A stretch of DNA of 46,813 nucleotides from Kiloniellaceae bacterium (GTDB lineage: Bacteria > Pseudomonadota > Alphaproteobacteria > Kiloniellales > J153): assembly GCA_021776215.1 (NCBI GenBank), contig JAJFGI010000361.1, forward strand, positions 1 through 46,813, given 5' to 3'. The first letter of the stretch is position 1, and each line of letters starts with the position of its first letter. Both the position numbers and the translations under genes were made by a program. Below are positions 27,057-38,300 of the stretch, piece by piece. The notes beneath the pieces were generated by a model, which had not been told where the DNA came from, did not search any database, and saw only the letters and a program-made list of their open reading frames with translations.

Positions 27057-28151
27057 ATGACGAAGAAGGTCGCAAAACGGAAGCGTCAGGGCGGCGACAC
27101 GGCGTCTTTCGCCAAGAAGCCGTCGAAGCTGGACATGCCGAGCGACTACGGCGACGTCCTCGCGGACATCCGGCGCCGCATCTCGGACACCCGCACTCGC
27201 GCCGTGCTCGCCGCGAACGCCGGGCTCGTGACGCTGTACTGGGAGGTCGGCGCGCTCATCCGCGAGCGCTTGGACAGCGAAAAGTGGGGCACGCAGGTCA
27301 TCGACCGACTGTCCGGAGACCTCCGAACGGCGCACCCCGAAATGAAGGGGTTCTCCGCGCGGAATCTCCGCTACATGGCGACCTTTGCCGAAAAGTTCGC
27401 GGATCGCGCAATTGTGAAACAGGCTGTTTCAAAATTGCCTTGGGGGCACGTCATCCGCCTAATGCAGCGAATTCAGGATCCGGAGGTCCGCCTTTGGTAC
27501 GTCCACGCCGCCGCCGCGGAGGGGTGGACGCGGGCAACCCTGGAACTCCAAATCGATGCCGACGCGCATCGCCGGCGGGCCAAGGCGCTGACCAACTTCG
27601 ACACCGCGATGGAGCCCGCGGAGTCCCAGGTCGCCCAGGCGGTGTTCAAGGACCCCTACCTGTTCGACTTCCTCGGGACCGCTGACTACCGGCGCGAACG
27701 CGAGGTCGAACAGGCGCTCGTCGACCACATCCAGAAGTTCCTGCTCGAGCTCGGCTCGGGCTTCGCCTTCGTCGGCCGGCAAGTCGCTCTGGAGATCGGC
27801 GACCAGACCTTCATCGTCGACCTGCTGTTCTACCACCTGAAGCTTCGGTGCTTCGTGGTCATCGAGCTCAAGGCCGTGCCGTTCGAGCCGGAGTTCGTGG
27901 GCAAGGTCAACCTGTACCTGTCCGCCGTCGACGACTTGATGCGTCACGACGACGACAAGCCGACGATCGGTTTGCTGCTATGCCGCGAGAAGAACAAGCT
28001 TGTCGTGGAGTATGCGCTGCGGGATGTTCAAAAGCCGATCGGTGTCGCGGAGTGGCAGACGCGGATTGTCGAGAGCTTGCCGGAGGACCTGAAGGGGACT
28101 CTGCCAACGGTGGAGGAGCTCGAGGCCGAGCTGCAGGACGAAGACGACTAG
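27057..28151 (+). CDS. YhcG/DUF1016 family PD-(D/E)XK nuclease-domain protein
   Basis: LYWEVG, KGFSARNLRYM, LPWGH, KDPYLFDFL, FLLELGSGFAFVGRQ, DLLFYH, VIELK, PTIGLLLC. Confidence 0.93.
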   Translation: MTKKVAKRKRQGGDTASFAKKPSKLDMPSDYGDVLADIRRRISDTRTRAVLAANAGLVTLYWEVGALIRERLDSEKWGTQVIDRLSGDLRTAHPEMKGFSARNLRYMATFAEKFADRAIVKQAVSKLPWGHVIRLMQRIQDPEVRLWYVHAAAAEGWTRATLELQIDADAHRRRAKALTNFDTAMEPAESQVAQAVFKDPYLFDFLGTADYRREREVEQALVDHIQKFLLELGSGFAFVGRQVALEIGDQTFIVDLLFYHLKLRCFVVIELKAVPFEPEFVGKVNLYLSAVDDLMRHDDDKPTIGLLLCREKNKLVVEYALRDVQKPIGVAEWQTRIVESLPEDLKGTLPTVEELEAELQDEDD

Positions 28152-28443
28152 CCAAGCTTTCTTGAGCTGTTCTACTCCGAGTTTCGAATCGGCCGGCGGG
28201 CCGACGCGTCCCCAAACCAACAAGCGGACGCTGCGCGTCATGACAGCGAACATGGAGCGGGGGGCAACGAACGACGGAGGCTGATTCGTGACAGGGAACG
28301 ACGTCCGCTCCCCTCAAGTCGGCTACGGCGGCAATGAGCCTGACGGTCATGCTAGCTTCGCCCACGCCAAGGTGCTCGCGGACCGTCGGTTCTTAGGTGT
28401 CGACCGAGCGACCGATGCACCAGCCCAGCAGGAGCACCAAGAG

Positions 28444-29313
28444 ATGACCGAGATCAATTGGACAGAGGAACAGCGCGCTCGACTACAAGACGCGATTGAT
28501 GCCGAGATCGAGAACTCTCGTCTCGCCGACAAGATCATAAGGGCGGTTCCTGTACCCGCCAACGACCGAGCCGTGGCGAGGGACCGCTACATTTACCCCA
28601 ACCCTGGTGCAGCCCCTCCTGTCATCGAGGGCATCGATGAGACGTTTGTGGACCTTGGAGCCGACAACCAGGAGGCCTTCTCCCTCACGAAGTTGCAGAC
28701 CGAAGACCCGGACCTCTCACGGGCGCTTGTCCGGGTTCGGCGCGCGACGCAACAGCTCGCACGGAGCCACGACACGTCCGTTTTTCGGGTCGCTATTCGC
28801 GATGAACTAGACCGCGAAGCCCCTGGCCCCGGAGCGCCGTCAGTTCCGGGCTACCACAACATCGTGGCGATCTGCGAGGATGTCCGAGGGTCAGGCCGCT
28901 ACGGAGACGGCCTGGCGACCGCAGCCGCCGAGGCAGTAGCGGAACTCGATGGCGAAGGATACCGGTCTGGCTTCGTGATGGTCGCAGGTCAGGCGGTGTT
29001 CCGCCAACTTCACCAGCGTGTTCCCGGCGCGGCAGACCTCCCCGTAGTGGCCGTGCGTGCGCTGCTAGATGACGGCCCGATTCACCGTTCTGCTGTTCTT
29101 CCCCAGGACGAGGCGCTTGTGCTCTCGATTTCCGGTGAAGAAGTCGATCGGGCGGTCGCGGTCGGGCCCACACTTGAATTTCTCCGAGTCGGGGCGAATG
29201 AGAACCGAGAGTTCCGCGTATACGAGCGCTTCCTGACCCGTTTCAAGCAGACCTACGCGGCCGTGTTGCTTAGGTTGGCACCGGCACCGGCACCGGCACC
29301 GGCGGGTCCGTAG
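28444..29313 (+). CDS. Family 1 encapsulin-like (Linocin M18 / HK97-fold) shell protein
   Basis: N-terminal WTEEQRARLQDAI..E...SRLA; RRATQQLARSHDTSVF; AVAELDGEGYRSGF; FRVYERFLTRFKQTYAAVLL; 289 aa; CAGGAG RBS. Confidence 0.75.
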   Translation: MTEINWTEEQRARLQDAIDAEIENSRLADKIIRAVPVPANDRAVARDRYIYPNPGAAPPVIEGIDETFVDLGADNQEAFSLTKLQTEDPDLSRALVRVRRATQQLARSHDTSVFRVAIRDELDREAPGPGAPSVPGYHNIVAICEDVRGSGRYGDGLATAAAEAVAELDGEGYRSGFVMVAGQAVFRQLHQRVPGAADLPVVAVRALLDDGPIHRSAVLPQDEALVLSISGEEVDRAVAVGPTLEFLRVGANENREFRVYERFLTRFKQTYAAVLLRLAPAPAPAPAGP

Positions 29314-29353
29314 GGCTGGTTGATCGACCTCGCATCGAACACGAGCGCAAACA

Positions 29354-32300
29354 ATGTCGAGACACCAACTCGAAGTCGGTGAGGTTTGGTTCGGGACCAA
29401 CGATGCACCGGTGCCCTCGGGCCCCCGCGAGGTCAGCACTCCAAGCGTGACGGTTGGTGTTTCGCCGGTGTTGGAGGACCCGGTCGTTCACGTCCGGTAT
29501 CGGAGGCGCGGTGGCACGTGGAAACGACTACAACTTCGTCCGGTCCGCAGCGGGCCAGAGGGGCAGTTCCTCGCAGCGACGTTTCCGCCCCTGCCATCGG
29601 GCGCACGCATCGAGTACGCGGTTTTCTTTCGCAGCGGCGGAAGGCGCCCGACAGCCGAGCGCAGAGTCGGCGAGAGTCTCTCGTTCCAGGTCAGCGGCAG
29701 CCCACCACGACCCTCTTCACCAAACGCCACGCCGGCTGCACCGGGCCCTGGGCGGTCCGGCACACCTGCGGCCGCGGTCCCTGAGCTGGCGCGGAGCCCG
29801 GTAGGCGAGCGTTCCCAGCGAGACGCTGCGTTGGAACCCGACCGGGAGGCACGTCGCCTCTCGTCCAATGATGTGGCTGCGTCACGATTGCTCGAGGCTC
29901 TGGAGCGGCACGGAATCGGCCGGCTTGAGGAGCTACGCAAACTCTCGGCAACAGATCTCAGAGATTTGCTCGATTCGGCAGGACCTCTTGCAAGTGGGGC
30001 GTCGACTAACGCCGAGCTGGTCGGCAAGACTCCCGTACCGAAGAGAGGATCGCGGTCTGGTGCAGCTCCCGAGAGCGAGGCCGGCTCCCCTGAAGCTACT
30101 GCCCCCGCGGACTCGGCCCGTCCGCCCGCAGATCACGACGGGGCAATCTCGGGCCTTGTGCTCCGCCCGCGTGGTTTTTCGCAGCTCGAAACGATCGAGA
30201 TTCGAGCGTACGCCGACCCCGACCTGAGCCAGGAAATCGGCACGAGTCATTGTGATGTGACGGGTCGCTTCGTCGTCGCCGTGTCTCGGGCGGCCGAGGC
30301 GCGCCCCGCTTGGTTCCGATGGTCCACAGAGGAAGCGTTCGGGCGGACCCCCGTCTTCGAACCTCGACTGCCTGGCCAGCCGTTCTGGGTCTGCCCGTAT
30401 CGGTTGGCGGTCCATCCCGGGGCTGCGGGCCGGTTGACGCGGCGGTCGGGCCGAGTTCTCGCCTCAACTGGCGCACCGGTCGTGGGGGCCCAGGTGTGGT
30501 TGGTCGAACACGCATTGCGGGGATGCCAGTACCTGACGAGCACCGAAACCAGTGATGACGGGTCCTTTCGCCTCGCTTTTCCCACCGACGCGCTCCTTGA
30601 CGCTGCACAGCCCGATCTTCGCTTCCTGGCTTTCGGCGGACCGGCTCGACCACTGATCGCGAGCCGATCAGCGGACCTGGTGCTTCCGGTTGAGAGTGTC
30701 GACGTTCGGAGCCTGTATGAAGATATCGGAGATGCCGTGCGACGCCACTCGCACGAAGGCGATCCGCGTCTTGCCCCCGAACAGGCGGCGTACATCGAGC
30801 GTCGCACTGGAGTCTCGGCGCGCGCGATTCTGGCGTTCGAACGCGCGCAGGAGTTGGCGTTAGCCGCGGGTGCCGATCCCGCAGTTGCGTTTGCGCTGCT
30901 CAGGGCACCCGTAGCCCACGACTTCGAGGCAATGCTTCTGGATAGTGTGCATCTCGGCGTTGTCCCTTCGACGGTGTTGTCCAGACCGGCGCAGCAGTCG
31001 CCTGGAGTCGCGGAGTTGTCGGGCGACAGCGGGCGTCTGCTTGACGTTATGCGTGGCCCCGAACTCGGGGGAGTCTGGGCCGAGATCAAAACACCGGAGG
31101 AGCGCCTGGCGCTGCTTCGACGTTGGAACGACGCGGCGACGCCCGATGACTTTGAAGACCAACTCCGCACCGATGCGGAACTTCGATCCGCCGCACCGCG
31201 GCTTCGTCGCATGCTCGAGTTGTCCAACACGGTGGGAGAAGCCCCGGAGCTCGTCAAGAGTCTGGTCGCGTCTTTGCCGGAGAGCGAGGGTCTCGGCACT
31301 CTTGCAACTTGGTCGGTTGGGCGTTGGGAACACCACCTGACCGAGGCACGTATCACTCCTGTCGCAGCGTTCGGTGGCGGCGAGGACGGACTACGCGCCT
31401 ACGCAGGTCACCTGTCCAAGAGGTTCGCAGCCCGCTACCCCCTGAGCGCCGCTGGCGAGTTGGCCCTTCGGTCGGACCGTGACTTCGCGCGTCTGGATCA
31501 CGCGAAAGTCGTGGACACCCGTGCCGCCGCTACGTTCGGTGGGATCCGGTCGGCGTCTCGGAAGAAGCGTACGAAGAAGCTCCACGCCGCCGCGTCAATC
31601 CAGGCTGTGGCGGGTCAGGTCGAGGCTGCATCACGCTTGCTTGAGGACGGCGTCGGCACTGCGCGCGCAGCCGCCCGAATGGGCCGTCGAGAGTTCACGA
31701 GCCAGTTCGGAGAGGCGTTCGTTGGTGGAGAGGTGGACGCGGCCGTGGCTCACACTCGCGCGAGACGGACCGCGGCGCTCGGGAACTATGCGTTCGTCGC
31801 CCTCGCAGGCAACGCTACTGCTGCGCGCGGGCTTGCGTCGCCGGAGCTCAAGGGTAAGCAGCGGGAGCGCGCGTCCGAAGCACTCAAGATCAGGGACCCC
31901 GTTGAGCTCGACCGAACCTGGGAGGAGCTCTCTGGCCGATTCGGGCGGTCATTTTGCGAATGTGCCCACTGTCGAAGCATCTTCGGACCGGCTGCCTATT
32001 TGTTCGACATGCTGTTGTTCCTGCACCGGTTTACGACTGCGCCGGAGCCCCACTCGATGATTGGGAAGCGTCTGCTGCAGACACTAATGGAACGTCGAGT
32101 CGACGTGCTCCAGCTGCATCTGTCCTGCGAGAACACCAACGTTGAGGTTCCGCAGATCGACCTCGTAAACGAGCTCCTCTGGGACCTGGTCGACGCATCC
32201 GCCCCTGAACCCAGTCGGCCACTCCCCGTCGTGTGCCAAGACAACGAGGAACCGATTGGCCCGATCGAATGCGCCGCCGACGTTCCTCCCAGCTCGTCAT

Positions 32301-35300
32301 CTCCCAAGGGCGCCGAAGAAGCTGAGAGGCCGGACGGTGTCGTCACCGACAACCGCTTTCGTTGCGCGGGCCCCGAACGCGAAACGCAGGGGACCTCAGC
32401 GGAGCGACGCGCATCACCTCAGAACGAACCGCCGCCGTCAGTACTCAACAGGCTCAAGGGCGCCGGCTTCCCTTGGACGCTCCCGTATGACCACACGCGC
32501 GATAAGGCTTGGCAAGCGACCAACGCTCTCGCTGTTGATCGGGCGGAGCTTGCCCTTGAGCTTTGGCGGCTCGCCGAAGCAGGCGCGCAGGACCAAGGCT
32601 TAGCGGCGCTGGAGACCCTCGCAAGCCAGTTTCTGAATCTGAGCGACGGTCAACGGGCGCTGTTGGTGACGCCTCCGTACAGCTTGGCCGATGTATGGGG
32701 CCCGGCCGTTGCGGCGGCGGTAGTCGACGGATCGGGGCCAACGCTGGACTCTCTACGCGTCGCGGGAGAACTCAATTTTTCCGCTCTGGACGCAGCCCTG
32801 ACGTCCGTTTTTGTGAGCGGGGAGGGCGAGCGGACCTACGAGCTTCTTCCGGCGTTCTCCTGTGATGCCAGCGACGTTCGTCTCGTCGGAGCAAAGAAGG
32901 AGCTCTGCCGAATCCTCGACAGACTTCACCGCTTCGAGCGGCTGCGTCGTCACCTCGGCTGGCCCGTTCACGTTCTTGACGGTGCTCTGGATTGGCTAGG
33001 CGGCGAGCTGGGAGACGAGGTGCTTGTGGCGTTAGGCGCCCTGAAGTTCCTTGAGGCAAAGCTAGACGTGTCTCCTCAGCAGGTGCTGGCGCTCTTCCAC
33101 GACCCAAGCGCGACACGGCGAACGAGCCTCGTCGCCGGGAAGACTCACGAATCCAGCTTCAGCAAGTTGTTTGGCGACGCCGGGACGCAGCTGCCGTTGT
33201 CCGATGACCCCGAGGCGGCGATCTCTTTGATCTCGGGACTGTCTGGGGAAGAGCCGAGCGCCGTCCGGTTCGTCCTTGAGCAGGGATACGCCGACTCCGT
33301 CGACGAGGAATTGAGCGGGTCCGCGAACATCTTTGCGTTCGCTGACCCGCACGCGACGATCCGGCGAGCAGCCACAGCGACGTGCCGAGCGACACGGCTC
33401 GCGCGGGCCGTCCGTCTCCCTGCTGCCGACCTCGTCCACCTGATCAAGACGTTCGATGCCGATCCATTCCCGTGGCCGGGGAATGCCGTCCCACCTCAGA
33501 CGCGCATTCTCAATGCCGTCCGACTTCTGTCATTGGCGGATGAGTCCCGTTCGTGGCACCTAGATCCGGTCGATGTTCGCTATGTAGCCACGACCGATAG
33601 GTCCATTGAGCGTTCGCGAGGGCTCGATGCTGAGGTTGTGGGTCAAACGTGGTTGGCGTTGCTGGCCGCGGTTGCGGAGCGGCAGAGCAAACACGAGACG
33701 GAGTCGCTCAGTGGTCGGGCACTGCTTCGCCAGGCTCTCAACGAACTGCTGCGGCCTGCTTCTCCGGACGGTGCGACTGCGACGGCCCTCGAATCCACCG
33801 TTTCTCGGCTTATGGACTTGCTGTCGTGGCACGCCCTGTTCCCCGAGTTGCTCGACCATGCCGTCGCCCTCTTGCCGGCGAGTATCCCAGCCACCGAGTA
33901 CCCAGTGCCCGAGGAAGCGGCCGACGGCCTGTGGGATCCAATCGCTGGGCAGCTAGCGGGTTGGATCGAGGCAGGGTTCCCCGACGCGCGGGCTGATGTG
34001 CCCGCGGCCGACGACGATGAGACAACGGAATCCTGCGTCTGCCCGTCGGAAACTGGCGAAGCGACGGTCGCACCGCTCACAGATGGGGAGGAGGGGGCCG
34101 GCGTGCTTCAGGTCGACGTCGGCACGGCGGCCTACGCCACGGCGGAGGGAGACTTGTTCGCCGCGGCGCAACAGTATTTGGCGCTTGGGAGCGAGGCCGA
34201 CCAGACCGAACTCGTCGCATCTTTGGCGAATCTACTCTCTTCCCTTGGAATCGACCTGGAGCCCAGCGGGGTCGCCAGCCTGGCGGCACGCTACGTCCGA
34301 CGCGCCGTGGAATACGCAGCGAATTCGCATGCTGAGTCTCTCGAAGCCAGCGCACAGCTCTGGTCGGACGTCTTGTTGGTGGCGGCAACGCGCCGCGATG
34401 TTGAGGACTTGGTCGCTGCCGCATTGGCGTCGCTGTGCTCCGTCGACCAAGAGGTCGTTGAACTCCTGCTGAGGATCTTGTGCGAGCCCGACACGGAGTC
34501 TCCGCTGCTGCGCGCTTTCGTCGCTGAAGATGGAACGATCCCGAGAATCGCGCAGTCGCTTCCGACGGCCCACTATTCGCGACAGTCCGCGGCCGCCGAC
34601 GTGCTGCCGAATGAAGCGTGGGTTCGGGCCGAACCCAGCCTCCATCTCGACTGGACATCAACGCCTCCCCCTGACGGTCTGGGCGTCAACGAGTTCTCGG
34701 TGCAGCTCGAGGCGCGGTTCTCGGTCGACAGTTTGCTCGAATCTGGCCGCGCAGCCTCCCTCGTCCTGGGGACGACAGGCACCGCGACCCTGGGTCTCGT
34801 TGCGACGACCACGGACGAGACAGTCCTCATCGCCGACGGCGAGGGAGCGTTGGAGTTCATCGACGCTCCTGCTGGTCGCGTTGACACATTCATCGCCGGG
34901 CTCAGCGGACGGCAAGAACTGGTCACGCTCCGCGTTAGCTACGAGGCGCCTGCGGCCCCAGGCGCGGCGGTCCTTCGCGTGACTGCCCGTGCTGACGACG
35001 AAATACTGGAGACAGCCTGGCCCGGCAACCTACGGGACTCCATCCTGCTGCTCCACAAGGCCACGCGAGTCGTCGGCGCTGCCAAGCTACCCGCACAGAT
35101 TTGGCAGGCGCTCCCCACATCGTCGACCGAGATCGATCTCGATGCGCTCCCACTGAAGCCGACGGAACCCCGCTGGACTAACGCGTGGCTGCAGTTGTCA
35201 CGACTCCCGGAAATCTGGAGCCGACGCGCCTCGGACGACCTCTGGCCGGAACTGTTTGCGCTTGTCGGCGCAGAACCCCTGTCGTTTCCGGCGACGAGCC

Positions 35301-38300
35301 AGGCACTCCTCGGACTGTCCGATGGTGAAATCGAGCAGCTTCGGTCGCAATCGGAGCCCCAGTCTTCAGGCCCGCGGTTTCCTGTCGGTCGTCGACTCCC
35401 GCCGCGCCGGGCTTTGTTGCCCGCGCGCCCGCCCGCCCCACTTTCGCCAACGATGCCGGCGCTTGAGCCGGCGGCCGCGATGCCAACCGGGCTTACCGAC
35501 GCTCAGGTTGAGGGCCTGCGAGGCTTGGCAGTCGACGCGTCCGACCGACGGCGGTCTCGGCGTGACCCGATCCGCGTGCGGCAACTTCCGCAGGCTCTGC
35601 GGCTCATAGATCTGTCGCGGAGACTCGGTGTCTCGTTCACGGTGCTGCTCCGGTGGGACGAGCACACGAGTCGTGAGCGCTACGCTCACAGTGTCGGTGC
35701 ATTGCGGTCGCAGCTGCCTCAGCCCGGATGGTTTGAGGCTCTTGCCACCATCAACGACCCGGTTCGAGAACGCCTCCGCGACGCAATGGTCGCGTGGCTC
35801 ACCAGCCACTCCCGCATCGTGTCTCCGCCGGGTCAGCCGCCTTTGCAAACGGTGCCGCCATTCGAGTCAGCGGAGGTGCTGAGCGACTCGCTGTTCACCG
35901 ACGTTCAAGTTTCGTCTTGTCTGCAGACGTCTCGGGTTCAGTTCGCATATTCAGCAGTGCTGCGGTACGTCGATGCGATGCGCCTAGGCTTCGAGCCAGG
36001 ACCGCAGCCCGGCGAACGGGAGCGCTTCGAGCGAGAGTGGTCCTGGAGGCGGCAGTATCGTCTCTGGGAAGCCAATCGGCGGGTGTTTGTTCACCCGGAG
36101 AATTGGCTCGAACCGGACCTGCGGCCGGAAAAAACCGAGCTGTTCGGGCACTTCGAAGATGAACTGATGTCTCGCCCACTAACGTCTCGGGCCGGTGAGC
36201 GTGCTCTGGTCGGCTACGCAAAGGAGCTGGCTGGCATCGCGCGCCCCGAGGTCATCGCGATCGTCGACCAGCAGGAGCAGCCGGATCTTCATGTCCCCTA
36301 CGGGTTCCGGGACCCTGACCTCGCAGGAACGCACGTGTTCGCCCGGACGCGAACCCAGCCTCGGAAGATCTACTATCGGCGTCGTCATCCTACTCAAGAT
36401 GGACGTTGGACTCCTTGGGAGGAACTCCCGGCGGAGCTGCCCGGCACGCACTACCTTGCGGTCGTGGTGTTCGGACGAGTCCGGCTTATCGCGGCGACTG
36501 TTGAGGCTGTGAGCCCAAGCAAGCGCGGGAAGTGTGAACCCCCAGAGGCGAATGCGGGTCTCCCTGACTCAGGCGGGCCGAATCCGGAGACGGAAGTCTC
36601 CTTCACGTGGATGGATCGGCAGCACGGCCAGTGGACTCCACCGGCAAGCATGCAGCGATATAGCGTGACGGCGGAGCTTGAGGCCCAGGTCTCGCACGAG
36701 GAGATTTGGAACGCGAGCTTCCCATGGGGGGAGTTCGAAGCCCTTTCGTGGGATCTTGGCTTGCTCGACAAGTTAGACGTAAGAGTCAAGTTTGGAGCGA
36801 ATGGTCCGGCCAAGGGCAGCAAGCTGAACGTCAGTCTGAAGTCGGCTGGCAGCAGCAAGTTACTCAAGGCGTGGAAGGCACCGAGCAACTACGCGAACAA
36901 GACGCTCACGGTGAGCAACACCCTCGCTGAAAACGACGATGTCTCGAGCGCAGAAGACGTCCTGGGCATCCAGCTGGACTGGAGGCCCAGGACCGACCAC
37001 GTCGACTACTGGATAGCATATGGCATCGCTTTCCCCTTCATCGGGGAGCCGATAGCCACCGGGATCGCCGCGGCGATCATCGCGGACCAGGGGTTGGAGC
37101 GCGACGACGTCGAGATCACGGGTGTCTCGGTTGTGTTCAAGAATGATGCGCTTGGTCGAACCCTGCCGGCCATAGACGTCCCAATGGAAACCGACAGGAC
37201 ACCTGCGATGTCCCGGCGACCGAGCAAGAGTTCAGCGATCTTTGAGGCGAAGGACGGCTTCCCCGTTTGGCTGACGGCTGGTCCCAGATACGCAGGCATA
37301 TCGTTGGGGAGTGCTTGGCGGTACTTTGAGGCACAAGTACAGGTATCGCCTGACGCCATCCCGCCGCAGCCGTCGATGTTCGAGTCCTGCGCTACTCCAA
37401 AGCATCACTCGGTCGACCTTGGCCGTGCGCTCAGCCTAAGAGTCGAGCGTCTTGCTGACGACTCCTTCGACATTGTCGTCCGAGTAAACGACCGCACGTT
37501 CGAGCACGGCGAGGCAGCCACAAAGTTCGCGCTGACGAACGACGCCGTTGTGGCCAACCCAGAGACCTGTGCGTGGCGAGACAAGGGCTGGGTGGACGGT
37601 GCTCCGCTGTGTACGAAGCTGAAAACCCGCCCGAGAGACGCCCTGACGCTGCGTGTCTTTGCGGACGGAAGCTCGGCCCGTATCGCGTTTGGCTCGTCAG
37701 GACAAGTCGAGCATGAAGGCACCCGGCGGGATCGGCAGGACCTTGTGACCGAGAAGGCGTGCCTAGAAACGCCTTCGTGGATGTCCACTGCGTTCCCGAT
37801 GTACTGCTCAGGCACCCGAGCGGTATCCGCACCCACCTGCTACCGGCTCGTCGTACCGTCAGATGAGCCGGTGTCGAGTTTCCACGGCCCGAAGGTGGTC
37901 GACGAGGATAGCACCGAGGACCAGCTCGGCAGGACGTTCTTCGTTGAGCGTATCTGGGAGCCTGGACCGGAGAAAAAGAAGTCCGCGGGAATCGCAGAGC
38001 GCTGCTACAAGGTTCCGATCTTTGAGGGCCCGGAACCCGAGCTGGGGTGGGAGGAGCAGGTCCACGGCGCGCCCGTGAAGTGGCCCGAAGTCAACGGCCC
38101 GCTGACCCAGTCCCCGCCGGATTGGCGACTCGGGCCGGGTGGAAAGTTCGCCAAGATGCCTGGTCACGTGGTGCGCAGCTGGGACTCTGTTCCAGCCGGT
38201 TTTCCTCCCATCGTGGACTTCGAATCCGGTGGGTTCATGCAGCCAGTTGGAATTGACAAGGGATTGGCGCTCATGTCGGGCGGTACCATCGAGGACTGGC

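Noticed and set aside
26987-28440. att site, tRNA or dif site at the element's right boundary
   Set aside because: None recognisable by eye; the partner repeat would lie outside the window
29277-29303. GGCACC hexamer tandem repeat
   Set aside because: Simply encodes a PAPAPA C-terminal tail
28444-29313. Encapsulin-like gene as the capsid of the adjacent provirus
   Set aside because: Separated from the operon by YhcG; no portal, terminase or HK97-type protease; motifs fit family 1 encapsulins
29900-29945. HGIGRL in TcA as an encapsulin cargo-loading peptide
   Set aside because: Weak match to LxIGSL/LTVGSL-type peptides; the context looks like a helical hairpin
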